Under the pieces are notes generated by a model. The model searched no databases and was not told the origin of the DNA. It saw nothing but the letters and a program-made list of their open reading frames with translations. The translations under genes and the position numbers were made by a program. Positions 9,469-18,537 of a stretch of DNA of 64,000 nt are shown here, piece after piece; position 1 is the stretch's first letter, and each line of letters opens with the position of its first letter. The stretch comes from a virus: the IMG/VR virus record IMGVR_UViG_3300036985_001643, positions 1 to 64,000 of that record. One strand, 5' to 3'.

Positions 9469-10980
9469 ATGAGTCAATTACTTCCATTACAAAAGTACGA
9501 AGCGGTAGATTTCAATGGTTTGGTTACAGATAACCACTTCCATTCATTGTACCAACAAAAACCACAATTGATCTCTAATGTGATCAAACAAATCTACAAA
9601 ACTAACTTACAAGGTAAGTTACGTGAGTTTGTAGACAGATTCCCTGTTAAAGAAGTAGAACAAGAGAATGGTTTCTACAACTGGATGTTACAAGGACAAC
9701 ATGACAAAAACCTTCCTTTAGTAGATGCTGAAACTATCGATGGTAGAACTATTTCTGCTGGTACTTTCCCTGCTAACGTAGGTGCAAACGGTGAGAGATT
9801 TTACTTAATCTTTGACGAGCCTTTATTCGAAGCTACTAACGTATTACGTGGAGAGTTAGATGACTACCACTTATTGGTTAAGAAAGCAATGGATGCTGGT
9901 TCTCGTTACAAGTTTGAAGTAGAATTAGTTACTGATAACGCTAATAAATCTGTTCCTTCTGAGGAATTATTTATTGGAGGTCGTTGGTCTAAGTTCTATT
10001 CTTTAGCTCCATCTACTCTTTCTTACGAAGGTTCTAAACCGTATTTCACATCTCCTTGGAGAATGGAAAACCGTCCTTCTACTTTAAGAATGGAGTATGA
10101 AGTTGCTGGTAACACTATCAACAAAGGTAAAAATGAGCCTTTAGAATTTGGTTTCAACTACAAAGGGACTCAAGAGTCTATTTGGATTAACTACCAAGAT
10201 TTAGTTGCTCACCACCAATGTGAAGAAATGTTCGCAAGAATGTTGATGTACGGTAAGAAAAACTGGACAGCTGATCACAAGTACTTGAACAAAGACGATA
10301 AAACTAAATATGCTATCGAATCAGGTTCAGGTTTCTTTGAGCAAATCGCTCCTTCTAACGTTCACTACTACAACTCTTATGACTTAGATTGGCATTTAGA
10401 ATTGTTATTAGACATGGGTGTTGGTAAGATCGAAAGAGGTAAACGTGTTATTCACTTGTTAACAGGTGAGTTCGGTGCTATCGAAATTTCTAAACAAATT
10501 CAAGCTAAATCAGGTACAGGTAAATTTACTGTAATCTCTGACAAATTCTTGATGTCTAATACGGATGCAGGTAACTTAGGTGGTAAAAACACTAAAGGTT
10601 TAATGGAACCACAATGGAACGTTTACGAGTGGTACAACGGTGTAGTTATTATGGTTGAGATCGTTGATTTCTTCGATGATGATGTATACTTCCCACAACG
10701 TCACCCAGATGGAAAAGGTATCGTAGAATCTCACAGAATCTTAGCTTTAGATTATGGTGATAATGCAGGTATCTACCGTGTTAAACCAAAAGGAGTTCCG
10801 GATTACAACTGGGCATATATCCCAGGTATGAGAGATCCTTTCTCTCCTGCAGGTAAAGGTTCACCAAAAATGGTTGCTTCTCCTGTTGATGGGTACTCTG
10901 TACACTTCCAAAAATGGGGAGGATTAATGATTGAAGATCCTACTAAAATTGTAGATATCAGACTTAATGTTGAAAGATAG
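9469..10980 (+). CDS. major capsid protein
   Basis: 503 aa with strongly biased high-expression codons and a following terminator. It has crAss MCP-like motifs (G.G..EQI, L.TGE.G, HP.G..ES.R, PG.R.PF). Confidence 0.85.
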   Translation: MSQLLPLQKYEAVDFNGLVTDNHFHSLYQQKPQLISNVIKQIYKTNLQGKLREFVDRFPVKEVEQENGFYNWMLQGQHDKNLPLVDAETIDGRTISAGTFPANVGANGERFYLIFDEPLFEATNVLRGELDDYHLLVKKAMDAGSRYKFEVELVTDNANKSVPSEELFIGGRWSKFYSLAPSTLSYEGSKPYFTSPWRMENRPSTLRMEYEVAGNTINKGKNEPLEFGFNYKGTQESIWINYQDLVAHHQCEEMFARMLMYGKKNWTADHKYLNKDDKTKYAIESGSGFFEQIAPSNVHYYNSYDLDWHLELLLDMGVGKIERGKRVIHLLTGEFGAIEISKQIQAKSGTGKFTVISDKFLMSNTDAGNLGGKNTKGLMEPQWNVYEWYNGVVIMVEIVDFFDDDVYFPQRHPDGKGIVESHRILALDYGDNAGIYRVKPKGVPDYNWAYIPGMRDPFSPAGKGSPKMVASPVDGYSVHFQKWGGLMIEDPTKIVDIRLNVER

Positions 10981-10995
10981 TCTATAACTCAAGTC

Positions 10996-11030
10996 GTTCC
11001 CCGGAGTTGAAAGCCTGGGGAACACTTTTT
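10996..11030 (+). terminator. intrinsic terminator or attenuator after the MCP gene
   Basis: GTTCCCCGG...CCTGGGGAAC stem followed by ACTTTTT. Confidence 0.8.
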
Positions 11031-11061
11031 ACTAATCAATAACAAAAGACAGCAAAACAAA

Positions 11062-12000
11062 ATGGAGACAGCAACAAAAGAAAAAGTAGTTTACGGGACC
11101 TTTTTACAAGACAGGAGAGTCAAAGTAAAACCTGTAGAATCATCGGGTAAATGGAGTAACCTATTAGTACAAGGACAGAATAACACAAAAGATCCTTTCT
11201 TGTACAACAAAGTAAAAAGAAGTTACCAAGTTCCTTTAAATAGTGCAAACTTAGGAGGAGGAGTAAAAGTAATATTAGAAGATCAACGTAGAGTTAAGAT
11301 TCAAAAATACATGGAGTCTTTTCCAAACGGAATGACACAAAAAGAGTTCTTTGAAAAAGAGTTAGGGTGTGACTTAAATCCTACCCTAAAACAAGAGGAA
11401 AACTTCTGGAGAACAGACAGAAGAGGTAGAGTAGTATTAACTAAAGAAGGTATAGAGTTAAATCTTAACTTACCTTTAGATATGTTAAAGTACTTAATCT
11501 TATTATCTAATAAGTCGGCTATCTGTCCTTCTTATGATGAGAGAAACTTGAAAGCTACTTACGAGTTTATGATGGTTGACGAAGCTAAGGTTATCGTTAA
11601 GAATCTTGAAGAGGCTTCAACTAAAGCTGACGCTTATGTTAAGTTTGCAGAGATCATCGCTTCTAAGAAAGCTACTATCGGTTTCATCAAGTCATTAGGA
11701 AGAACAATTCCTGCTTCTGCTACAGAAGATTGGTTAAAAGGAGAGATATTAAAGGTTATTGATAATAATCCTAAATATTTCTTAGAAATTGTTAACCATC
11801 CTCAATATAATGAACGTATATTTGTACAAGATTCTATTGAAGCAGGTGCAATACTTCGTAAAGGAGAAAAAAGATATACTCTTGACAACGGTGCAGAGTT
11901 AGGTGATTTAACAGATACTGTTAATTACTTATTGAACCCTGAGAATCAAGAAGTGAAGATGAGAATAAAAGCTAAGATTGAATTATTAAATCGTAAATAA
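11062..12000 (+). CDS. conserved crAss-like protein downstream of MCP (crAssphage gene 75-type)
   Basis: Synteny, plus L.L..P.D..KY..L and the C-terminal YL.NP.NQE motif. Confidence 0.65.
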   Translation: METATKEKVVYGTFLQDRRVKVKPVESSGKWSNLLVQGQNNTKDPFLYNKVKRSYQVPLNSANLGGGVKVILEDQRRVKIQKYMESFPNGMTQKEFFEKELGCDLNPTLKQEENFWRTDRRGRVVLTKEGIELNLNLPLDMLKYLILLSNKSAICPSYDERNLKATYEFMMVDEAKVIVKNLEEASTKADAYVKFAEIIASKKATIGFIKSLGRTIPASATEDWLKGEILKVIDNNPKYFLEIVNHPQYNERIFVQDSIEAGAILRKGEKRYTLDNGAELGDLTDTVNYLLNPENQEVKMRIKAKIELLNRK

Positions 12001-12002
12001 GA

Positions 12003-12755
12003 ATGACTGCAAACCAAATGGCTGACGAATTAGAATTAAAACTAGACAGAAGTGATAGTTTTGGTTCTCCTGGGTACGAAGATTTCGAGTTATCTTCTGT
12101 GCTTACTGAAGCTCAGCATTTGTATGTAAAGAAATTTTACGATGAATTAAACAATCGTAAGCTTAAAGGTTTTCAAGAAGCTGAAGCAAGAAACCAAGGT
12201 TTGGGAGCGTTGATTAAAGACGCTCCTTCTCTTACTCCTTCTGCTTCACAAGTAGGAGTTTTAAGATACGGAAAGTTCTTTGATTTACCTTTAGATCACA
12301 TGTACACAACATTCGAGGAGTGTACAATAGATAAAAACGAATGTTATACAACAAACCCTATTGTTGCTTATATAGTAACTGTAGGAGATAACGAGGTTCA
12401 ACGTTTTGATTGGAGTAAGTACAAAAAACCATTCTACAAGTCTCACGGTGAGTCTAGAGTTTGGAGAAAGGAATACTCAAGAGCTGTTACAGGTTTACTA
12501 CCTTCTACTACAGCTACTGCAAAACGTCATGAATTAATCACGGATGGAACTTTTAATGTAACTACTTATCACATGAGATACATTAAAAACCCTGAAGGAA
12601 TAGTAGTCGATAGAGATACGCCTACAAATGCTAGGAACTGTGAATTAGATACTTCTACTCACGTAGTAATAGTAGATTTAGCATTAGACTTAATGTTAAC
12701 AAGAGTAAAAGAACAAAAAGTGCAAATAGTTGAGCCATTTAAAGAGCTCGAATAA
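12003..12755 (+). CDS. head-tail connector ring protein (gene 74-type)
   Basis: MT..EM..E....D.....PGYE..E.S..LT.AQ N-terminus, Y...YI..P and CEL...H..IV..A motifs, and synteny. Confidence 0.7.
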   Translation: MTANQMADELELKLDRSDSFGSPGYEDFELSSVLTEAQHLYVKKFYDELNNRKLKGFQEAEARNQGLGALIKDAPSLTPSASQVGVLRYGKFFDLPLDHMYTTFEECTIDKNECYTTNPIVAYIVTVGDNEVQRFDWSKYKKPFYKSHGESRVWRKEYSRAVTGLLPSTTATAKRHELITDGTFNVTTYHMRYIKNPEGIVVDRDTPTNARNCELDTSTHVVIVDLALDLMLTRVKEQKVQIVEPFKELE

Positions 12756-12783
12756 ATAGAATAAATAACTTAAAATTTAAACA

Positions 12784-14079
12784 ATGTTAAGAAAAGCAAA
12801 CAACGTGTTTTCTGTTATCGTTGATGATAACGCACAAGCAGCATTAGGATTCGCAGCAGGTACTTTGGTTACTGACGCTAATCTTCCAAAAGGAGCTGTT
12901 GCTTTAGTGGATTTAGGAAACGAATTTTTAACTGCAGCAGCTTATACTGCTTTACCTAGTGCAGGGCAGTACAGAATTTTACAAGGTAAAGGATTAGGTT
13001 TACCATTAATGAAGTCTCCAATCCTTACTAAAGGAAAAACGGCTATCACTATTGCTAAACATAAACCAGCTGTACAACAAGTAACTACTATTGGTTACAA
13101 CGGAACTACAGGTGCTTTACCTATAGCTAACAACACTTCTTTCTTCATCAAAATTCGTAAGAGAGATAATGATGCAGCTAACCGTTCTCAACCAATGTCT
13201 TTGTTCGCTGGACCTGTTAAAACAGATTCTACAGGAACACAAGCAGAGTTAGCAGGATTGTTAGTACGTAGTGGTTACAAAAACTTTACTGACGAACCAG
13301 CTAACAACTACTTGAAATTTGAAGCTATTTGTTCAGATGCAGGTGCTGTTCCAACAGGTACTACAACTATCTTTACTCCAGTAGTAGGATCTAAAACTGT
13401 AGCTATCGATGGTACTTTAACTAACGTTGCTGTAGGTGACTACATCCGTTTAGAAGGTACAGGTGTTACTTCAGCTGTTTACAAAGTAGTTGCTTACACT
13501 GCTTCTACATCTATTGTATTAGATACTCCATTCACAGGAACTGCTACTATTTACGCTATCGCTAACGTTAGACGTATCACAGCTGCTTTAGCTGCTGCTG
13601 CTAACTTCGGTATCGTTATCACAGGTAAAGTTGCTCCTTTTAATGTAAACTCTTTCCGTAATTACTACGCTAACAGATTTACTGCTACTTTCTCTGATGC
13701 ATCAACTTTAGTTACTTCAACTACAGGTGCTCAAAATGGTAACGGTGTTTTCCAACAAGTAGCAATGGATGAGTACATGTCTTACGGTTTCGAAGGACAA
13801 AACAACCAAATGTCTGTTCCTGCTTTATCTAGAGATCAAGAAGTTAAAATCCCAGGTGTAGGTACTGCAACTGCGTTGACTTCTAAATACTCTGCTTTAT
13901 CTATCGCATGGGACGAAACAAATGTAGGTTTAGTTTCTACTGCTAATGGAAAAGGACAAGTATTAGTTTACTTGAACTTATTAAATAGTGGTGGTTCAGG
14001 AACTTTAAGTGGTGGTACTTCTTCTGGAAAAGAATTAGTAACTAACTTAGGGTTAACTCCTGCAGATTTTAATCAGTAA
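12784..14079 (+). CDS. abundant structural protein, probably auxiliary capsid/decoration protein
   Basis: A/T/G-rich beta protein with MCP-like codon bias, followed by a terminator. Its position matches crAss auxiliary capsid genes. Confidence 0.6.
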   Translation: MLRKANNVFSVIVDDNAQAALGFAAGTLVTDANLPKGAVALVDLGNEFLTAAAYTALPSAGQYRILQGKGLGLPLMKSPILTKGKTAITIAKHKPAVQQVTTIGYNGTTGALPIANNTSFFIKIRKRDNDAANRSQPMSLFAGPVKTDSTGTQAELAGLLVRSGYKNFTDEPANNYLKFEAICSDAGAVPTGTTTIFTPVVGSKTVAIDGTLTNVAVGDYIRLEGTGVTSAVYKVVAYTASTSIVLDTPFTGTATIYAIANVRRITAALAAAANFGIVITGKVAPFNVNSFRNYYANRFTATFSDASTLVTSTTGAQNGNGVFQQVAMDEYMSYGFEGQNNQMSVPALSRDQEVKIPGVGTATALTSKYSALSIAWDETNVGLVSTANGKGQVLVYLNLLNSGGSGTLSGGTSSGKELVTNLGLTPADFNQ

Positions 14080-14092
14080 TTCTCCAACCCTC

Positions 14093-14138
14093 AGTAACCT
14101 GCTCCCACGCTGTCTAGGGAGTGGGTTACTATTTTTTT
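14093..14138 (+). terminator. intrinsic terminator
   Basis: AGTAACCTGCTCCC / GGGAGTGGGTTACT 14-bp stem (with G-U pairs) followed by ATTTTTTT. Confidence 0.85.
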
Positions 14139-14162
14139 ACCATTATCAATAAAATATCCATT

Positions 14163-15191
14163 ATGAATACTCTTATCACAAACAACAAAAACATCCAAAA
14201 TTCGGATAATTCTACAATAGAACTTTACTATTCTAAAGAAATAAACTCTTTATGTTATAAAGATTATAAAGGAAATGTTGTTCCTGTGGGATCAGAGATA
14301 TCATCGGGAGATCTTATTAATACTGTTTACAGCGGTTTAACTGCTAATAGTACTTCTCAAAGTACTACCAGTATTTTAAAGTATGGAGTAAACGTGTTTA
14401 CTACAAGTACAAATACTGACAATTCTGCAAAACTTCCTCAACCAAAAACAGGAAAATCTACAGTAATTGTAAACAACAGTACTACAGCAATAAAATTATA
14501 CCCTTCTAATATAGGAGGACGTATTAACAACTACGCTGTAGATACTCCAGCTATTATACCTGCTGATGGTAAATCTTACACATTTACTTGTGTAGAGAAT
14601 CCACTTCCAGGTGCTTGGGTTTGGACACCTCCAGCAACAACACAAATTGTTATAAACGAAATTAGTATTAGTCATACTAACGGAGTTGCTTCAGGAGGTT
14701 ATGGATACTCAACAGCAACTTTAGGTAGTGCTAGTGCTACATTAGATATGTCATTAGATAATATTGTATTAACAGGAAATTGGTTAACAGAAAATGTAGC
14801 AACGACTGTAATAAATATGAAAACTTATACAAATATTTTATCTACTGATTTACTAAGTACTAGTATACCAAACTCTATTCAAGTAGGTTTATATCAGGTT
14901 TTTAAACCTAGTCCTACTACATTATCTTTTACTCCGCAAATTAATTCTGTATTTGGACCTGCTCCTAGTTTTCTTGCTCCTGTAGGAACATTAAATACTC
15001 CTGCTCAAGTAGGAGACACAGATACATATTATTCTATATTACCAGTTGCTGTAGGAAACAATGGAACAACTGATCAATTAGGTATTGGAGGTTTATATTC
15101 TAGAGCTTTTTATACTTTTGGTTTTGGTATACCTGCTTCTGCAGCTACTAAAGTATACAAGTTTAAAATTATATTAGAAGTTGCACAATAG
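14163..15191 (+). CDS. virion fibre or decoration-like protein
   Basis: T/S/G-rich beta composition. The start is moved to the ATG at 14163 because the ORF-track start lies within the terminator. Confidence 0.55.
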   Translation: MNTLITNNKNIQNSDNSTIELYYSKEINSLCYKDYKGNVVPVGSEISSGDLINTVYSGLTANSTSQSTTSILKYGVNVFTTSTNTDNSAKLPQPKTGKSTVIVNNSTTAIKLYPSNIGGRINNYAVDTPAIIPADGKSYTFTCVENPLPGAWVWTPPATTQIVINEISISHTNGVASGGYGYSTATLGSASATLDMSLDNIVLTGNWLTENVATTVINMKTYTNILSTDLLSTSIPNSIQVGLYQVFKPSPTTLSFTPQINSVFGPAPSFLAPVGTLNTPAQVGDTDTYYSILPVAVGNNGTTDQLGIGGLYSRAFYTFGFGIPASAATKVYKFKIILEVAQ

Positions 15192-15214
15192 TAAATTTTT
15201 AAAAAGATTATATA

Positions 15215-15820
15215 ATGGCTTTAGTTCCTCAAATTTCTTTATCTTTAGGTAACAAATGTGATACAGTCACATTAACCGAATCTACTAAATCCTATACTGT
15301 AGGTACTAACCCAGGAGGTTGGGGAACACCTAACGATAGTGCATCAGCTATTACAGTAGCTAATGTTAAAGTATACGATTCAACAGCAACAACATTATTG
15401 CAAACATTTCCCCTTAAAAGCACTAGTGTTAACTTATATGCTGGTAATATAAACTATCCAACTTCTGACGAGTTTGTTATTCTACAAGACGCTTTGTGGA
15501 CACAACCTGACGGTATATACAAAATAGTTTATACTATTACTACTACAGCTACAGTTGTTACTAATACTTACGAATTATTCTTATGTAATTTGTGTAACTG
15601 TAGAGACAATTTAATTGTCAAATTGATAGACGCTTGTTCAACAGAAACCGTTAAAAGGTTAAAAGATCAAGTAGATCAAATGGAAATATTTATTTACGGA
15701 ATAGAATCATCTTTTGCATGTGGTGACTTTGATACTGCTGAGGCTATACTTACAGCAGCTAGTACTTATTGTACTACTATATCAGGTTGTTTAGATTGTG
15801 GATGTGGAGGTAACTGTTAA
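15215..15820 (+). CDS. putative tail hub / fibre-docking protein
   Basis: Ig-like PDGIY motif, a helical C-terminal domain and a Cys-rich end (CLDCGCGGNC). Position matches crAss tail hub genes. Confidence 0.5.
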   Translation: MALVPQISLSLGNKCDTVTLTESTKSYTVGTNPGGWGTPNDSASAITVANVKVYDSTATTLLQTFPLKSTSVNLYAGNINYPTSDEFVILQDALWTQPDGIYKIVYTITTTATVVTNTYELFLCNLCNCRDNLIVKLIDACSTETVKRLKDQVDQMEIFIYGIESSFACGDFDTAEAILTAASTYCTTISGCLDCGCGGNC

Positions 15821-15831
15821 TTTTAATTATT

Positions 15832-17082
15832 ATGTGTAAAGATTGTAAAGGTATTACTCTTATAAAAGGAGAGGACGGAGTAGGAATAGTAAATATAGCA
15901 AATAATCCTAATGGGACAATTACTGTTTTATTATCTAATGGAACTAGTTATACTACTACTAGTCTTATGGGACCTGCTGGAGCAGCAGGAGCTCAAGGAG
16001 CTTACGGAGGATGGTCAAGTAATTGGTTGTATAATACTGCTACTACTAATACTCCTGCAACTACTACAATGAGGTTTAATACTGTAAATCCTGCAGCAGC
16101 TACTAAGATTTATATTAATCAAGTTAATGCAGCTGGAACAACTATTTCTGACTTCTTAGATTCTTTTAAGAATACTAACGACAGTATTAATTATTACGGA
16201 TTTCTTAAAATTTATAGAGAAGCTTCTCAAGAAGATGATTTCTTATACGTTAAAATTACAGGTTATTCTTTAGTTTCAGGTGTTGCTACTATAGATATTA
16301 CACAGTTAGTTGCTAATGGTAGTTTTACAGCTAATGATTCTTTAGTTGTAGACTTTACTCCTCAAGGACCAACAGGTACAACAGGTGGTTGGTCAAGCAA
16401 GTGGTCATTTAGTACTGCAGTAACAAGTACTCCCGTAGCTACAAAGTTACAGTTTAACAATGTTGATTTAGATATTGCTAATATTATCTATATTAACAAG
16501 ATTAATATCACTAATACTCTTTCTTTAGGAGATTTCTTAAATGCTTTTAAAAACACTGTTGGTGGTGTAAATTACTACGGATTACTTAAAATCTACAACA
16601 TAAATTCTCCAGAAACTAACTTTTGGATAGGAGAAATTACAGGATATACAGCAGTAGGTAGTGTAGTTCACTTGAATGTAACAATGATTCAACGTGAAGG
16701 TGTTTTCTTAGCAAACGATACTTTAGCAGTAGACTTTACACCTAATGGTTCTACAGATTTTAGACCTTATAAAGTGTATTCAGCTTTAATCTCACAATCA
16801 AGTACTTCTGCTCCAACAGCTGTAGTATTAGAAAATAATTTAAGTGGACCTATTGTTTGGACTAGAGATTCATTAGGTACTTACTTTGGAACTCTTGTAG
16901 GAGCATTTACTGCTTCTAAAACAATGGTATTATTAACTTTAAATTATGCTGCTGCATCAGTAACAGGTTATGCAGTTAGAAGTAGTACCGATGTTGTTAT
17001 GTTGCAAACAATTAATGCTGGAAATACAGCAACAGATGGTAAATTAGTATCTGCTTCTTTAGAGATTAGAGTTTATAATTAA
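15832..17082 (+). CDS. tail fibre-like protein with a short collagen-like stretch and two tandem ~125-aa repeats
   Basis: GPAGAAGAQG, and a duplicated GGWSS.W...F.N...DFL..FKNT..NYYG.LKIY...D.L.VDFTP.G unit. Confidence 0.65.
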   Translation: MCKDCKGITLIKGEDGVGIVNIANNPNGTITVLLSNGTSYTTTSLMGPAGAAGAQGAYGGWSSNWLYNTATTNTPATTTMRFNTVNPAAATKIYINQVNAAGTTISDFLDSFKNTNDSINYYGFLKIYREASQEDDFLYVKITGYSLVSGVATIDITQLVANGSFTANDSLVVDFTPQGPTGTTGGWSSKWSFSTAVTSTPVATKLQFNNVDLDIANIIYINKINITNTLSLGDFLNAFKNTVGGVNYYGLLKIYNINSPETNFWIGEITGYTAVGSVVHLNVTMIQREGVFLANDTLAVDFTPNGSTDFRPYKVYSALISQSSTSAPTAVVLENNLSGPIVWTRDSLGTYFGTLVGAFTASKTMVLLTLNYAAASVTGYAVRSSTDVVMLQTINAGNTATDGKLVSASLEIRVYN

Positions 17083-17100
17083 TCAATAACACAATAGGTA

Positions 17101-18117
17101 ATGGGTGCTTGTAAATGCAATATTAGACTTACTTTCCAATTAGATAGTGGAGGAGCTTATCCTTTTACAACTACAGGATTAGTTTCTCCTGAAGCTACTC
17201 TAATCAACGGACGTAATTATTACGAAACTCGTATTACTTATATCGATTACAGTGTTGATCCTTATGTAACAACTACAAAATTAATAAGAATATTTTGGGA
17301 TTCTACAAGTAACCTTTGGAAAGTTGTAGCGTTAGAAGCATGGGCAGGTTGGTGGAACAATGGAGATACTCTATTAACATTAAACCTTAATCAAGATTGT
17401 CCTACTAGTACTTCAGGATGGACACTTGTTGATATAGTTGCTGGTAATATTAAATATCTACAAACAAGATGTGATACTGCAGAAGCTGTTGAAATATGTG
17501 CTAATTGGAGAACAAGAGCTTCAGAGACTGATCCTTTTTTAGACGTACCTTGTATTTGGGATCCTTACATATTTGCATTTACTTATTACGATCCTACACA
17601 ATTATCTGTAGGAGATCCTATATCAATATTACAGTCTGATTTACCTGCAACTAGCACATTAGGTGCTACTATTGCTTTCTTGGTATATCAAGATGTTAAT
17701 ACTCCTACGTTATTTTACTTAGAACCAGGTATTGACAGAGATTTTATTGGAGCAATGTTATATGGTCCTACTGGTCTTTTATTACCTACAAATTATAACG
17801 GAAGTACATCTGCACCTAACTATGGTTATTTATGTCTTTACAAGTCTTCTTCTATTTCTACACCTACACAACAAGAAATTGATGAAGAGTGTTATAACAT
17901 ATTAGTGTGGGATAAACAGTGCGAGTTTGGTAAAAACGTACATCACTATTTATTAAAATTAAAATTCGGTATTCAAACTTGTGAGGAGTTAGAGTGTTTA
18001 AAGAATCAACGTAGAGCTTTAAAAATACTAAACTGTTACGATACAAGAGATTTAGGTAGTATCATCCCTGAATACAATGCTTTACCTTATTCAACAATAA
18101 AAAAATTACTTGATTAA
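17101..18117 (+). CDS. structural protein, possible second tail hub component
   Basis: Beta-rich N-terminal part, Cys-containing helical C-terminal part, and a position in the tail cluster. Confidence 0.45.
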   Translation: MGACKCNIRLTFQLDSGGAYPFTTTGLVSPEATLINGRNYYETRITYIDYSVDPYVTTTKLIRIFWDSTSNLWKVVALEAWAGWWNNGDTLLTLNLNQDCPTSTSGWTLVDIVAGNIKYLQTRCDTAEAVEICANWRTRASETDPFLDVPCIWDPYIFAFTYYDPTQLSVGDPISILQSDLPATSTLGATIAFLVYQDVNTPTLFYLEPGIDRDFIGAMLYGPTGLLLPTNYNGSTSAPNYGYLCLYKSSSISTPTQQEIDEECYNILVWDKQCEFGKNVHHYLLKLKFGIQTCEELECLKNQRRALKILNCYDTRDLGSIIPEYNALPYSTIKKLLD

Positions 18118-18181
18118 TTCAAGTTACTTATATATTTATAAACAAATAAATCGTAAATTAGCGATTAAATATTTTTGAGAT

Positions 18182-18535
18182 ATGTCACAAAGAGAAGTAT
18201 CAATCGTTGGAGGTCCTTACGGTACTAAAGCAAAGGTAACAGGACAAGAAGAATTAGTAGTTACCTTATCTAGTGGGGGTACAGTAGTACCTGTAGGAGG
18301 TGCTCCTAAAACACCTAACTTTATTAGAGCTACAGGTTCTAGTTCTATTGCAAGTGATTGTACTAGTGTATCAGTTGCTAACGTAGGAGCTGCTAATGGT
18401 ACTTTCTTAGGAACTACTATTAAAACAGGTGAAACATTAAGTTTTGATGCAGGAGCAATAGGTAATTATTTTGCTGCAGGTTCTATCACATATAATGGTA
18501 CAGGAACAGAATTATTAATTATTTATATCGTATAG
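18182..18535 (+). CDS. small structural (fibre-associated) protein
   Basis: G/T/S-rich 117-aa ORF. Confidence 0.55.
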   Translation: MSQREVSIVGGPYGTKAKVTGQEELVVTLSSGGTVVPVGGAPKTPNFIRATGSSSIASDCTSVSVANVGAANGTFLGTTIKTGETLSFDAGAIGNYFAAGSITYNGTGTELLIIYIV

Positions 18536-18537
18536 TT

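Noticed and set aside
9455-9470. Shine-Dalgarno-like AAGGA before the MCP gene
   Set aside because: It is too close to the ATG and lies in an A-rich tract, and Bacteroidota generally do not use SD pairing.
3539-10980. Introns or inteins in terminase, portal or MCP
   Set aside because: The ORFs are continuous, of expected size, and lack splicing or endonuclease motifs.
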